Below are positions 9,854 to 22,290 of a stretch of 248,000 nucleotides of DNA, piece by piece. Under the pieces are notes generated by a model. The model was not told the DNA's origin. It worked only from the letters and a program-made list of their open reading frames with translations, and searched no databases. The position numbers and the translations under genes were made by a program. Source of the DNA: Hyalangium minutum (GTDB lineage: Bacteria; Myxococcota; Myxococcia; Myxococcales; Myxococcaceae); assembly GCF_000737315.1 (NCBI RefSeq), contig NZ_JMCB01000008.1, forward strand, positions 20,001 to 268,000. Direction: 5' to 3'. The number at the start of each line of letters is the position of its first letter. The stretch's first letter is position 1.

Positions 9854-12283
9854 CTACTCCGCCTTGAGCCCTTCGACCGGCTCCACACTGCTGGCCTTGA
9901 GCGCCGGATAGATGGAGGCCAGGTACGTGACGAGCACCGCGATGACCACGGCCAGGATCGTCTGCACGGGCTCGATCTTCACCGGCAGCGCGGGGATGTA
10001 ATAGACCTGCGGGTCCAGCTTGATGCCCACTTTCTCGATGAAGAGGCACCAGGCCAGGCCGGACAACAGCCCCAGCAGGCCTCCGGCCACGCCAATCTGC
10101 AGGCCCTCCGCGAGGAAGATCTTCACGATGCCGCCGTCGGGCACGCCCAGCGCCTTGAGGACGGAGATCTCCTTGCGCTTCTCCAGCACCAGCATGATGA
10201 CCGTGGCGACGATGAGCCCCGCGGCCACGATGATGATGATGGAGAGGATGATGCCCATCACCAGCTTCTCCAGGCGCAGCGCGGAGAAGAGGTTGCGGTT
10301 GGTCTCGCTCCAGTCGCGAGCCCGGTAGGGGTAGCTGCCCAGCTTGCGGACCACCTCGGCGGCGATGTGCCGCGCGTCGTCGATGTCCGCCACCTTGAGA
10401 TCGATGCCGTTGGCGCCCTTCACGTCGAAGAACTTCGCGGCCTCGTCCAGCAAGATGTAGACGAACTTGGCGTCATACTCGTACATGCCCGAGTAGAAGA
10501 CGCCAGCCACGCGGAATACGCGGCTCTTCGGCATGGGCCCCTGCGGCCCCAGCTCCGTGCCCAGCGGCGAGACGATGTTCACCTTGTCGCCCACCACCAC
10601 GCGCAGGGCTGCGGCCAGCTCGCGCCCGAGGACGATGCCCGCCAGCACCTGCTCCTGTGCCGGCTTCGTCCTCTTGCCGATGATGGGGTCCTCCTCCTCT
10701 TCCTCCTCGGGAGCGCTCTGCGTGCCGGAGCCCTGCCCGCCCGCGGGCTTGTCGTCCAGCATGGGCCCGCCCGCGCCTCGGCGCACGCGGTCAGAGAGGA
10801 TGAGCTCCGGCTTCTTGAGGTACTCCAGCGAGCCGCCCGGCAGCATGTACCCCGGCAGGTCCGTCACCGAGCCCACCGTGTCCGGATCGATGCCCTTGAT
10901 GACCACGCCGTCCACGTTGCCGTCCGAGACGATCATCACCTGGTTGGTGATGAACGGCGACTGGCCGATGACGCCGGGCACCTTGGCGATCTGCTCCATC
11001 AGCTTGGGGTACTCGGGCAGGTCTCCCGCGTACTTGGACACCACCGCGTGCGCGTGCGTGCCGAGGATCTTCTGCTGCAGATCGATCTCGAAGCCGCTCA
11101 TCACCGACAGCACGACGATGAGCGCCATCACGCCCACGCCGACGCCGCCCACGGACAGCGCCGTCATCATCATCGTGGGCGACTGCTCGCGCAGCTTGAG
11201 CTTGTGGAGCGCCTCGGCGGCGGCGAGCGGATCGGCCAGGCCCAGGGCGCGGATACGGGTGCGCTCGACCGCGGCCTCCACTGCCCGGACGATGCCGTAG
11301 ATGAGCAGCGGCGGGACGATGCCCAGCATCAGCACCGCCATGGTGCCCAGCAGCAGCGAGGGGCGGAACACCGCCACATGCCGGCGGGCCACGAACAGCT
11401 CGAAGCCCGCGCGCAGATCCAACCGGCCGCTGCCCGCTGCGACGAAGCCGGAGTTGATGCCGAGCACCAGCATCAGCACGAGCAGCCCGAACACCAGCCA
11501 GTAGGACAGCTCGGGGCGGCCGATGAGACCCGCGACGTAGGTGACTTCACGCAGCAGGGGCCCCAGGCGAGCCTGGAGGATGCTCACCCGATCCAGCAGC
11601 GTGAGCAGGATGGGGATGGGCAGGCCCAGGTAGAAGACACCGATGGTGGCCTCGGGCAGCGACAGCCGCTTGGCCCGCGCCGCGCCGATAGCTCCCGAGA
11701 TGAACGCCACGCCGCACGCCACCAGGAGCGCCACCGCGAAGGCCCAAGGAGGCGCCAGCTTCCACGAGCTGGAGGCCGCTGTCGCCTCGTCCAGTTGCAC
11801 GCCGCTGGAGAGCAGCGTCTGCAGCAGGATGAGGACCATCTCCGCCAGCAGGACACCGCCGCCGTAGGCCCCCAACGTGCTCCAGTAGAAGTCCCGATAG
11901 CCCGCGAGCCGGGGGTACAGCGTGGCTCCCGCGGCGGGGCTCGGGCCCTCGGTGGTAGCCGGAGCCCGGCGAATGCCCGCAGCCAGGATGCCCCAGCCGG
12001 CCAGCCAGGCGAGCGTGCCCGCCACGAGGAACTGCGTGCCCCCGAGCGCCAGCGGCTGCTTCAGCCCGAGCTCGACCGGGATGATGGACAGGGCGTTGAG
12101 GGTGGACAGGAGACTGCCCCACCCCATGAGCGACACACCGAGCGAGCTGGCCACCTCGGCCCAGGCCTGAGAACGGGAAACAGCCACCCCGAGCAGCACG
12201 AAGCCCACGAGGGCCACGAGCGAGCCGGCCCAGATGAGGCCCCAGCGATAGACGGTCTGCCGTTCAGCGGTTTGCACAGGCAC
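9854..12283 (-). CDS. LolC/E-type ABC permease with long N-terminal membrane extension
   Basis: GVMALIVVLSVMSGFE and FtsX-type C-terminus; extra N-terminal TM region. Confidence 0.8.
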   Translation of the reverse strand: MPVQTAERQTVYRWGLIWAGSLVALVGFVLLGVAVSRSQAWAEVASSLGVSLMGWGSLLSTLNALSIIPVELGLKQPLALGGTQFLVAGTLAWLAGWGILAAGIRRAPATTEGPSPAAGATLYPRLAGYRDFYWSTLGAYGGGVLLAEMVLILLQTLLSSGVQLDEATAASSSWKLAPPWAFAVALLVACGVAFISGAIGAARAKRLSLPEATIGVFYLGLPIPILLTLLDRVSILQARLGPLLREVTYVAGLIGRPELSYWLVFGLLVLMLVLGINSGFVAAGSGRLDLRAGFELFVARRHVAVFRPSLLLGTMAVLMLGIVPPLLIYGIVRAVEAAVERTRIRALGLADPLAAAEALHKLKLREQSPTMMMTALSVGGVGVGVMALIVVLSVMSGFEIDLQQKILGTHAHAVVSKYAGDLPEYPKLMEQIAKVPGVIGQSPFITNQVMIVSDGNVDGVVIKGIDPDTVGSVTDLPGYMLPGGSLEYLKKPELILSDRVRRGAGGPMLDDKPAGGQGSGTQSAPEEEEEEDPIIGKRTKPAQEQVLAGIVLGRELAAALRVVVGDKVNIVSPLGTELGPQGPMPKSRVFRVAGVFYSGMYEYDAKFVYILLDEAAKFFDVKGANGIDLKVADIDDARHIAAEVVRKLGSYPYRARDWSETNRNLFSALRLEKLVMGIILSIIIIVAAGLIVATVIMLVLEKRKEISVLKALGVPDGGIVKIFLAEGLQIGVAGGLLGLLSGLAWCLFIEKVGIKLDPQVYYIPALPVKIEPVQTILAVVIAVLVTYLASIYPALKASSVEPVEGLKAE

Positions 12284-12288
12284 CTTGG

Positions 12289-13842
<1,554 letters not shown>

Positions 13843-13957
13843 GGCGCGTCCCTTCAAGGGCGCGGCACCGTAGCCAAGCGCTCCCCGGGACGCAACGCAT
13901 CATGTCCTGTTTATGAGAGCCGGAAGGTTCGCTCGGAGTCTCTCCCCGGCAGGGAGG

Positions 13958-14341
13958 TCACGAAGCGGACAGCATCAGGAAGGCGGCCACCGCCGCGGCT
14001 AGCAGCAGCGGAATCAGCACCTCCACGGGCACCCGGTGGTAATTGTGCGCCAGGTGCAGCTTGCGCAGCCCGAACCGCCGCTCGCGCTTCACCCGGTTCA
14101 GCACCATCGACGTCATCACCGGCGGCGCCTTCTCCCGCTCCACCGTGCGAACCCGCTGGACCGTCTTCTCGTACCGCACCCACCCCGCACGGCACTCATC
14201 GCAGCCGTCCAGGTGCGAACGCACCGCCGTCGCCTGCGGCTCCGGCAGTTCCTCGTCAGCCAGCGCGAAGAACAGCGCCTTCGCTTCCCGGTGGTTCAGT
14301 TGCGGTTCCACGTCCCTCAGTCTCCGCTGAATCCCACTCAT
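13958..14341 (-). CDS. Zinc-finger anti-sigma factor
   Basis: HLDGCDEC ZAS motif plus C-terminal TM; follows ECF sigma. Confidence 0.8.
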   Translation of the reverse strand: MSGIQRRLRDVEPQLNHREAKALFFALADEELPEPQATAVRSHLDGCDECRAGWVRYEKTVQRVRTVEREKAPPVMTSMVLNRVKRERRFGLRKLHLAHNYHRVPVEVLIPLLLAAAVAAFLMLSAS

Positions 14342-14976
14342 TCCTCAAGCCGCCCCAGCAGGTCCGCCAGTTTCTCACGCGCCCGGTGCAACCTGCTCTT
14401 CACCGTCCCCTCCGCCAACTCCGTGATCTCGATAATTTCCTCGTAACTCAGCCCTTCAATATCTCGCAGCGCCACCAACATCCGCGCGTCCGGCTCCAGC
14501 TGCGAGATCGCCCACTGCACCCGCGCCCGCTCCCGCGCCGACTCCAATGCCGCGTCAGGCCCTGGCGGTGCGCCCATGGCATTCATCAGCGCATCTTCGC
14601 CCACTTCTCCATACTCCTCGGAGCGGCCCCGGCCTCGGCGCTTCAGGTACTTGAGGCGGTTGATGCACTGGTTCTTGCTGATGCGGAAGATCCACGTGGA
14701 CAGCTTGGAGTCCTCGCGGAACTTGCCCACGTTCTGGTGGATGCTCACGAAGATCTCCTGGACGAGATCACTCGCCTCCTCGCGGTCCCCCAGCATCCGG
14801 ACGCAGAAGTCGTAGACCCGGTCCTGGTGCTCGCGCACGAGCACCTCGAAGGCCTCGGGCTCGCCCCGGCGCAGCCTCGCCAGGAGCAGACGGTCACCCT
14901 CCCCGTCCACCGCCCCAGCCTCCTGTCCTATGCCGAGCACTTCGCTCGAAGACACCGGCACCCTCCGTGGCCCCAC
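14338..14976 (-). CDS. ECF RNA polymerase sigma factor
   Basis: DLVQEIF, STWIFRI, GTVKSRLHRAR. Confidence 0.9.
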   Translation of the reverse strand: MGPRRVPVSSSEVLGIGQEAGAVDGEGDRLLLARLRRGEPEAFEVLVREHQDRVYDFCVRMLGDREEASDLVQEIFVSIHQNVGKFREDSKLSTWIFRISKNQCINRLKYLKRRGRGRSEEYGEVGEDALMNAMGAPPGPDAALESARERARVQWAISQLEPDARMLVALRDIEGLSYEEIIEITELAEGTVKSRLHRAREKLADLLGRLEE

Positions 14977-15066
14977 TCCCAGGCATCCCTGCAGCCTACT
15001 ACATCGGCTCCGGCTGCCCGCGGACCCTTGGACACCGGGCCCGCGAAGAGGTTCCCGGAGGCGCGA

Positions 15067-16189
15067 TTAGTCGACGGCGGCGTTGCGGTTGGGGTTCTTC
15101 ACCCCGAGCAGCTGCGCGGTGATGAAGTCGTCCAGGCTGCCGTCCAGCACCGAGTCCACGTTGCCCGTCTCCACGCCCGTGCGCAGGTCCTTCACCATGC
15201 GGTACGGCGCCAGAACGTAGCTGCGGATCTGCGAGCCGAAGGAGATGTCCTTCTTCTGCGCCTCGGCCGCGTCGCGCTCGGCCTCGCGCCTCTTCAGCTC
15301 CATCTCGTACAGGCGCGCCCGGAGGATCTTGAACGCCATGTCCTTGTTGGCCGACTGCGAGCGCTCCGTCTGGCAGGTGATCAGGATGCCCGTGGGCAGG
15401 TGCCGCAGCTGCGCCGTGGACGAAGTCTTGTTCACCTTCTGGCCGCCCGCGCCGCCGCCCCGGATGAACTTCAGCTCGTAGTCCTTCTCCGGGATGTCGA
15501 TCTTGATGGAGTCATCCACCTCTGGGTAGACGTCCACCGAGGCAAAGGCCGTCTGCCGCCGCGCGTTCGCATCGAACGGGCTGATGCGCACCAGCCGGTG
15601 CACGCCGATCTCCGCCTTGAGGTAGCCGTAGGCGTACTCGCCCTTGATGTGGAGCGAGACGTTCTTGAAGCCCGCCTCCTCGCCCGCGACCATGTCGTTG
15701 ACTTCCACTTCCCAGCCGCGCTGCTCGCAGAAGCGCGTGTACATGCGCATCAGCATGGCCGCCCAGTCCATGCTGTCCGTGCCGCCCGCGCCCGCGTTGA
15801 TGTCCATGAAGCAGTTGCTGCGGTCGTTCTCACCCGACAGCATCCGCGCCAGTTCCAGCTTGGCGACCTCCGCCTCCAGCGCCGGCAGCGTGCTCTCCGC
15901 CTCTTGGGCGCTGGCCTCGTCATGGGCCTCCTGCGCCAGCTCCATCAGCGTCTGCGCGTCGTCCAGGCCCCGGAGCGTCTTGTCAAAGGAGCCGACGCTG
16001 GCTTCCAGGTTGGACTTCTCCTTCAGCAGCGACTGGGCCTTGGTGTTGTCGTCCCAGAAGGTGGGCTGCGTGGAGTCACGCTCGATCAGCGAGATGCGGG
16101 ACCGCTTGCGGTCGAGGTCAAAGATGCCCCCGGAGCGCGAGCAGGCGCTCCCGAAGGCTGCCGATCTTCTCCATCGTGTCGTTCGCCAT
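15067..16189 (-). CDS. prfB: Peptide chain release factor 2 (programmed +1 frameshift)
   Basis: GVHRLVRISPF, GGQ; ATG at 16189 reads to GGGGG CAT CTT TGA C, then continues in +1 frame. Confidence 0.95.
16117..16130 (-). other. RF2 +1 frameshift site (CTTTGAC with internal SD)
   Basis: Minus strand GGGGCATCTTTGAC. Confidence 0.9.
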
Positions 16190-16222
16190 GGTGCTTTCCT
16201 CGTTGAACGCGCGGCGTGCGCG

Positions 16223-17536
16223 CTAGGGAGTCTTCAGGGTGGAAGAGAGGGGCTGACGCTCGGACTTGCGGCTTCCTGAGGCCACCTGCGCCAGCAGCCG
16301 GTCCAGATCGAAGGCGCCCGAGAAGCCCAGCGAGATGGGCAGGATGAAGGCGATCAGCCGCCAGTTATCCTGGTTGAACGCCGGGAGGAGCTTGAGTGCC
16401 AGCCCGAGCGTCCCGGTGGCCGCCAGCGTCCGCCACAGGAAGCGCAGCCCCGAGCGCGCCCGCGCCGAGCCCCACGTCAGCATGAGCCCCAGCGGCGCCA
16501 CCAGCAGCGTGAGCGGGTTGGCCAGGAAGAGGTTCTCGTTGCGGTACGTCACCGTGTGGTCCGTGAAGAGCCACATGATCATCAGCACGGTGCCCGGCAA
16601 GCCCAGCACCAGTCCCAGCACCACCTGCTCCAGCCCCAGCAGCACACGCGGCAGCCGAGCCCCTCGCCGTCCCCAGTACGCCAGCCCCACCGCACTGCCA
16701 CCGATGGCCAGGCCCAGCAGGAGCATCCATGGGCCGTAGTTCGGCGGCTCCTCGGGAGGCGGCTTCCGGTCGGACTTGTAGAACTCCCAGCTGCGCGCGA
16801 CAAGCGGCGCCTTCTGCCCGTCTGGCCCCGTCACCTGGAGCGAGCCCACCTGCCGCTCCAGCTCGTCCGGGAGGAAGGCCTCCTCCCAACGGGTGACGGG
16901 CCGGTCGATCTCGTCGTTCATCAGGAAGTCGAGAAGCACGCTCATGGGCGCGCTGACCGCGGTGTAGCGCCGCGTGTGCTCGCGCAGCGTCATCCGCCCC
17001 GGGGCCTTGTCCGCCTCCCGGAGCTGTCCACCAATGGCTCGGTCCACCATGTCCCGGAGCCGGGTGACGCAGTTGTCGTTGTAGTGGTGGTAGAGATACT
17101 CGCGGTTCTCCGGCAGGACGTTCGTCGCGAGCAGGCGGCCAATCTCCTCACGCTGCACGGGCGTCAGGTTCAGCTCCTGGACGCGCACGTCCCGGTTGTA
17201 CGCCCGGTAGGCCCGGTAGGTCCCCGCCACGCTCGCCTCGGCCACCCAGAACTCCAGCCGCCCCATCGCGTAGCGGCCGAGCATGGTCGAGTCGAAGGAG
17301 AACATCCCGTAGTTGTAGAGGCGCGCCGCACCCAGCCGCTTGTCCTCCACCACCAGCGAGCCATGCCCCCACCACGAGGCCACGTCATCCCCAGGGCTGA
17401 ACGTCACCAGCGAGATGACCAGATCCTCGCCCTTGCTCTCCCCAGTCCCCCAGGGAGGCGGTGAGGCCGCGAGGGCCGGTGCCGCGAAGAGCAGCAGGCC
17501 GAGCAGGCAGGCAATCCATGGCGCAGATCGGGGCAT
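16223..17536 (-). CDS. DUF4105/Lnb-like membrane protein
   Basis: WWGH, YNYGMF, YHHYNDNC; C-terminal TM helices. Confidence 0.75.
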   Translation of the reverse strand: MPRSAPWIACLLGLLLFAAPALAASPPPWGTGESKGEDLVISLVTFSPGDDVASWWGHGSLVVEDKRLGAARLYNYGMFSFDSTMLGRYAMGRLEFWVAEASVAGTYRAYRAYNRDVRVQELNLTPVQREEIGRLLATNVLPENREYLYHHYNDNCVTRLRDMVDRAIGGQLREADKAPGRMTLREHTRRYTAVSAPMSVLLDFLMNDEIDRPVTRWEEAFLPDELERQVGSLQVTGPDGQKAPLVARSWEFYKSDRKPPPEEPPNYGPWMLLLGLAIGGSAVGLAYWGRRGARLPRVLLGLEQVVLGLVLGLPGTVLMIMWLFTDHTVTYRNENLFLANPLTLLVAPLGLMLTWGSARARSGLRFLWRTLAATGTLGLALKLLPAFNQDNWRLIAFILPISLGFSGAFDLDRLLAQVASGSRKSERQPLSSTLKTP

Positions 17537-17611
17537 GTTCTGTCCAACAGCGAGAGCCCTACCTACCTATCATGCGCGCCGCGCGACACAACGGAGAGGT
17601 TCGCCCGACTG

Positions 17612-18457
17612 TCAGACAAGCCGCCGGGCCCGGCTGGCCCGCACCGCGTCGGCCACCATGCCCCCCTGCCCGAGGAGCTTCTCCTCCAGGGTCGCCATCT
17701 TCCGGGCGTCCTGGGGGCGCTCGTGGTCGTGCCCGAGCAGGTGCAGCAGGCCGTGAGCAAGGTAGCGGGACACCTCCTGCTCCAGCGTCCGGCTGTACTC
17801 CTTGGCCTGCCGCTTGGCCGTGTCCAGGGAGATGACCACGTCCCCCAGCTGCCGCGGCCCCGGCGTGCCCTTGGGCAGATCGCCCGCCGGGAAGCTCAGC
17901 ACGTCCGTGGCCTTGTCCTTCTTGCGCCACGTCCGGTTGAGCCGGCGGATCGCCCGGTCCCCCACCAGCGAGAGGGACAGCTCACAGCCGTGCAGGTCCA
18001 GCCGGTCCATGTACGTGCGCCCCAGCGAGGCGAGCCACTTCTCCATCGCCTCGCCCTGGGCGTGCGCCACCTGCACGGTGACGTGGTTGGCCTCGGGGGT
18101 CTCCTCCACGGTCTCTGCGTGCGCCAGCTCGGGCCGGAACGCCGGGGCGCAGATGGACCAATAGTCACATGCCCCCTGCCCGTCGTTGCTGTACGTGACG
18201 CGCCGGCCCCGGGGCACCCAGCCCACCTCTCCCGCGGCGATGCGCTCGCGCTTGCCGTCGATGACCAGCGTCAGCTCGCCGCGCAGCACCAGCACGGCCT
18301 CGTCGAACTCGGGCTTCTGCGCGGGCTCGGACCAGCCCGGCGGCGCCAGCATCCGCGCCACGGACACGGAGGGATTCCCCGTGGTCGCCGCGCCAATGAA
18401 CTCCTCGATGCGCTTCCCATCCTCGCGGGGGATGAGCTTTCCCTTGCGCAGTCTCAC
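17612..18457 (-). CDS. ybeY: Cupin domain fused to rRNA maturation RNase YbeY
   Basis: N-terminal QKPEFDE cupin; C-terminal TDVLSF, GDVVIS, HGLLHLLGHDH. Confidence 0.85.
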   Translation of the reverse strand: MRLRKGKLIPREDGKRIEEFIGAATTGNPSVSVARMLAPPGWSEPAQKPEFDEAVLVLRGELTLVIDGKRERIAAGEVGWVPRGRRVTYSNDGQGACDYWSICAPAFRPELAHAETVEETPEANHVTVQVAHAQGEAMEKWLASLGRTYMDRLDLHGCELSLSLVGDRAIRRLNRTWRKKDKATDVLSFPAGDLPKGTPGPRQLGDVVISLDTAKRQAKEYSRTLEQEVSRYLAHGLLHLLGHDHERPQDARKMATLEEKLLGQGGMVADAVRASRARRLV

Positions 18458-18484
18458 GATGTGCGGCTCCTCGGGGGGACAGCC

Positions 18485-21010
18485 TCAGGCGCTGCGGATC
18501 TTGCCATCCTGCTTGGACGAGGACGCCACCACCAGCGGGCCCGTCTTCGAGCCTCCCGCCAGCGCTCCAGCCGGGTACTGCGGACGGGCGTGGTAGATGC
18601 CCTCGAGCGTGTGGAGAAACGAGCCGGCGATCCGGTTCAGGTCCTTCAGCGTCAGATCGCACTCGTCCAGCTGGCCCTCGGAGAAGATGAGGTTGATCAT
18701 CTTCTGCACCTGCGCCTGGAGCTTCGGCGAGCTCGGCTCGGGCATGGCGCGCGTGGAGGCCTCCACCGCGTCCGCGATCATCACCAGCGCCGCCTCGCGG
18801 AACTGGGGCTTGGGGCCCGGGTAGCGGAAGATGCTCTCGTCGATGGGCTGAGGGTTCTCCTTGCCCTCCTGCTCCTTCACCGCCTTGTGGAAGAAGTAGC
18901 CCACCAGCCGCGTGCCGTGGTGCTGAGGGATTGCGTCCGCCACCAGCTTGGGCAGCCGGTAGTGCCGCGCCATCTCCAGGCCCTCCGTCACATGGCGCTT
19001 GATGATGACCGCGCTCATGGCCGGCGCCAGCGTGTCGTGCCGGTTATCGCCCTTCTGGTTCTCGCCGAAGTAGAGCGGGTTCCGGCCCTTTCCAATGTCG
19101 TGGTAGTACGCGCACGAGCGCGCCAGCAGCGGGTTGGCCCCAATGGCCTCCGCCGCGTTCTCCACCAGCGTCCCGATGATGATCGAGTGGTGGTAGGTGC
19201 CCGGCGCCTGGACGATGAGCTCCTTGAGCGCCGGGTGGTTCAGGTTGGCCAGCTCCAGCAGCTTGATGTCCGAGGCGTAGCCGAACGTGGCCTCGATGAG
19301 CGGCGTGAGCGCCATCACCATCACCGGCACCGCGAACGCCGTGCCCAGGAAGGCGAACAGCGCCGTGAGCGCCGTGTCTCCCGTGAGCCCCTTGCCCTCC
19401 ACCATGAAGAGGCACAGCACCGCCACCAGGTTCACGATCCCGGTGATGAGGCCCGCCTTGAAGATGCCCACCCTGTCTCTCGCCCGCGTGATCCGGTCGG
19501 CAGCCACCAGCGCGCCCACCAGGGAGTAGACGCCGAACGACAGCGAGTTGCCCAGCATCACCCCCGCCAGGCACGCCAGCACGACGGCGAAGAAGAGCGA
19601 CAGCTCCTCGGACAGGACGAAGCGCACCAGCATTGCGCCAGCCGCCACTGGGAAGGCGTAGTACAGCGCCTCGATGGGCAGCGCCGTGTAGCGATCCTGC
19701 ACCGCGTCAGCGATGGACACCCAGAGCTGCAGCAGCCCCAGCATCACCACCAGCCAGAGCCCCAGCAGCACCCCATCCTTGCGCGTAGGCCGGAACCGCC
19801 GGAACGCCGTGCGGCAGAACACGAACGAGGCCGAGATCAGCAGCGCCACCAGCCCCGTGCCCCCCACCTGGAGCTGCAGCAGATCCAGTTGGTCCGTCTG
19901 CGCGCGCATCCCCTTGAGGATGATGAGGTGCGTCTCGTTCACCAGCTCGCCGTCGCCGATGACGCGCTGCCCCTTCTTCAAGGAGATGATGGAATCCTTC
20001 ACCGCCCCGGCCGCCTTCAGGCGCCGCGCGTTCGTCTCCGCGATGTTGATGGTGAGATCCGGCCGCACCAGCCGCTTGGCCAGCCGCAGCACCGCCCGGC
20101 GCTGAATACCCGGCGCGTCCGGCAGCAGGTTGCCCGGGATGGACGCGAACCGATCCATCTCCGTGTAGGCCTCGCGCGTGTCCATCACGTTCGCCGCGTT
20201 GCCCGGCAGCATCTGCTCCCCGCTGTGGCGCACATCCCGGACCGTGATGCCCTGAGGCCCCTCGCGCAGCAGTTCCTCGCGCGAGCCGGCGATGTAGAGC
20301 GGCCCCCGCTCCGAGCCATACGCGCGCTCCAGGAGCACCAGCGTGGCCGCCTCGGCTTCCTCGGAGAACCCGTTGGACAGCAGCGCCAGGAAGTCCTCCG
20401 CCTCCACCGCCGTGTCCCGCTGGCGGAAGAGCAGTTCCTGGAAGTCGCCCTGCATCACCTCGCGCTCTTTGCGCTGGCGCTCCAGCTCCTCGGGCGTGGG
20501 CGGAACGGGCTTCTTCGGCTTGGGCGCCGGCGCCCCCTTCCGCGCATCGCCGTCCTTGCGTACCTCTGGCTCCCCTTCCCCACCTGGGCCACTCGTCTCG
20601 GCGGTCCGGGTGGCCAGATGGACGCGCATCGCCGCGAAGGCCCGCTTCACCGAGCCGCGGACCTGATCCACGACGGCGGGGTTCAAGTCATACACGGGCA
20701 GCACGGAGTTGCGGGCCTCCTGGCGCCGCTGATCCGTCATTGCACTGTGAGTGACTTCGTAGTCACGGCCCGCCTTGAAGCCCGCGGGCGAGTTGGCCCG
20801 GAAGGGCTTGCCCAGCGAGGCCTCCGTGAGTGCGGGGATCTGCTGGCTGTAGAGCCCGGGGGAGATGACGAAGCCAGCGGCCACGGACACCCCGAGCAAC
20901 AGCACGGCGAGGCTCAGGCGGCGGCCCCAGGCTTTGTCTTCCACCCCCAGACGCCGCATCAGCGCGTCCAGGGGGCTCGGCCTGGGGGTAGAGGGTTCCG
21001 TTTCGGCCAT
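18485..21010 (-). CDS. 7TM-HD (HDIG) phosphohydrolase, PgpH-like
   Basis: APGTYHHS, YHDIGK, HHGT; 7TM region. Confidence 0.85.
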   Translation of the reverse strand: MAETEPSTPRPSPLDALMRRLGVEDKAWGRRLSLAVLLLGVSVAAGFVISPGLYSQQIPALTEASLGKPFRANSPAGFKAGRDYEVTHSAMTDQRRQEARNSVLPVYDLNPAVVDQVRGSVKRAFAAMRVHLATRTAETSGPGGEGEPEVRKDGDARKGAPAPKPKKPVPPTPEELERQRKEREVMQGDFQELLFRQRDTAVEAEDFLALLSNGFSEEAEAATLVLLERAYGSERGPLYIAGSREELLREGPQGITVRDVRHSGEQMLPGNAANVMDTREAYTEMDRFASIPGNLLPDAPGIQRRAVLRLAKRLVRPDLTINIAETNARRLKAAGAVKDSIISLKKGQRVIGDGELVNETHLIILKGMRAQTDQLDLLQLQVGGTGLVALLISASFVFCRTAFRRFRPTRKDGVLLGLWLVVMLGLLQLWVSIADAVQDRYTALPIEALYYAFPVAAGAMLVRFVLSEELSLFFAVVLACLAGVMLGNSLSFGVYSLVGALVAADRITRARDRVGIFKAGLITGIVNLVAVLCLFMVEGKGLTGDTALTALFAFLGTAFAVPVMVMALTPLIEATFGYASDIKLLELANLNHPALKELIVQAPGTYHHSIIIGTLVENAAEAIGANPLLARSCAYYHDIGKGRNPLYFGENQKGDNRHDTLAPAMSAVIIKRHVTEGLEMARHYRLPKLVADAIPQHHGTRLVGYFFHKAVKEQEGKENPQPIDESIFRYPGPKPQFREAALVMIADAVEASTRAMPEPSSPKLQAQVQKMINLIFSEGQLDECDLTLKDLNRIAGSFLHTLEGIYHARPQYPAGALAGGSKTGPLVVASSSKQDGKIRSA

Positions 21011-21118
21011 GGAACCCCGACCCTATGCAACCCGGGACCGCCCTATCAAGGACGCAGGGCCTCTCCAGGCCCCTGCGCCGGTCGCCAGGAAGCTGGCCAA
21101 ACGGCCAACCCCTTGAAA

Positions 21119-22222
21119 TCACGTGGCGATGGGCTCTTCTTCGACTTCAGGCGTCTCGGGCTCCGAGGGGTCCTGCGCCTCGACGGCAGCCGCTTCCTTG
21201 GACGCCTCGGCCTTGGCCACCTCGAACTTGTCGTAAGCCCGGATGACTTCCTGGACGAGGGGGTGGCGTACCACATCCACCTCCGAGAACTCGGAGAAGC
21301 AGATGCCTTCGATGTTCCGGAGGATGGACCGGGCGTGGTTCAGGCCGGACATCTTCCCCACGGGCAGGTCCACCTGCGTCACGTCACCCGTCACCACGGC
21401 CTTGCTGTTGTAGCCCAGGCGCGTGAGGAACATCTTCATCTGCTCGACGGTGGTGTTCTGCGCCTCGTCGAGGATGACGAACGCGTCATTGAGCGTGCGG
21501 CCGCGCATGAAGGCCAGCGGGGCCACTTCGATGACGCCCTGCTCCACGAGCGCCGAGGCACGGTCTCCCGCCATCATGTCGTGCAGCGCGTCATAGAGCG
21601 GCCGCAGGTACGGGTTCACCTTCTCCGCCAGGTCTCCGGGCAGGAAGCCGAGCTTCTCGCCCGCCTCCACCGCCGGCCGAGCCAGGATGATGCGCTTGAC
21701 CTTGCGCTCCTGGAGGAAGGCGACGGCCATGGCCATGGCCAGGTAGGTTTTTCCCGTACCGGCCGGGCCAATGCCGAAGACGATGTCGTGGGAGCGGATG
21801 GCCTCCACGTAGCGCTTCTGGGCAATGCTCTTGGGAGCAATCTGGCGGTTGCCGGAGCTCTTGAGGACAGGGCCCAGCATGACTTCGCCCAGGGACTCGG
21901 CACCGCCGCGGCCCAGGACCTTGATGGCCTGCTCCACGTCCTCGCGGTACACGGTGCGTCCGGCGCGGATCATCTCCTCGAGGTTCTCCACGAGGCGCAC
22001 AGCGAAGGCCACCGCATCCGAAGGGCCGGACAGGAGCAGCTCGGTGCCGCGCTGTCCCACACGCACGCCGAGGCGCCGCTCCATCAACTTCAGGTTTTCA
22101 TTCTGGTTGCCGCACAGCGCCAAGGCGGTCTGATTGTCCTGAACATCGACCTTGGCAGAGGTGGGGCGGACGGCGGGCGCTTCCAACGTGGCAGGGTTTC
22201 TCAAGTAGGTCCGTTCCTCCAT
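21119..22222 (-). CDS. phoH: PhoH-family ATPase
   Basis: [26 protein letters not shown]. Confidence 0.92.
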   Translation of the reverse strand: MEERTYLRNPATLEAPAVRPTSAKVDVQDNQTALALCGNQNENLKLMERRLGVRVGQRGTELLLSGPSDAVAFAVRLVENLEEMIRAGRTVYREDVEQAIKVLGRGGAESLGEVMLGPVLKSSGNRQIAPKSIAQKRYVEAIRSHDIVFGIGPAGTGKTYLAMAMAVAFLQERKVKRIILARPAVEAGEKLGFLPGDLAEKVNPYLRPLYDALHDMMAGDRASALVEQGVIEVAPLAFMRGRTLNDAFVILDEAQNTTVEQMKMFLTRLGYNSKAVVTGDVTQVDLPVGKMSGLNHARSILRNIEGICFSEFSEVDVVRHPLVQEVIRAYDKFEVAKAEASKEAAAVEAQDPSEPETPEVEEEPIAT

Positions 22223-22290
22223 TCAGCTCACTATCCCGGACTCAACGTAACGTCGGCCCCTGACCCGGGAAAGGGAGGCAGGCGAGCGGG

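Noticed and set aside
15067-15945. prfB as a truncated pseudogene
   Set aside because: Explained by the programmed +1 frameshift
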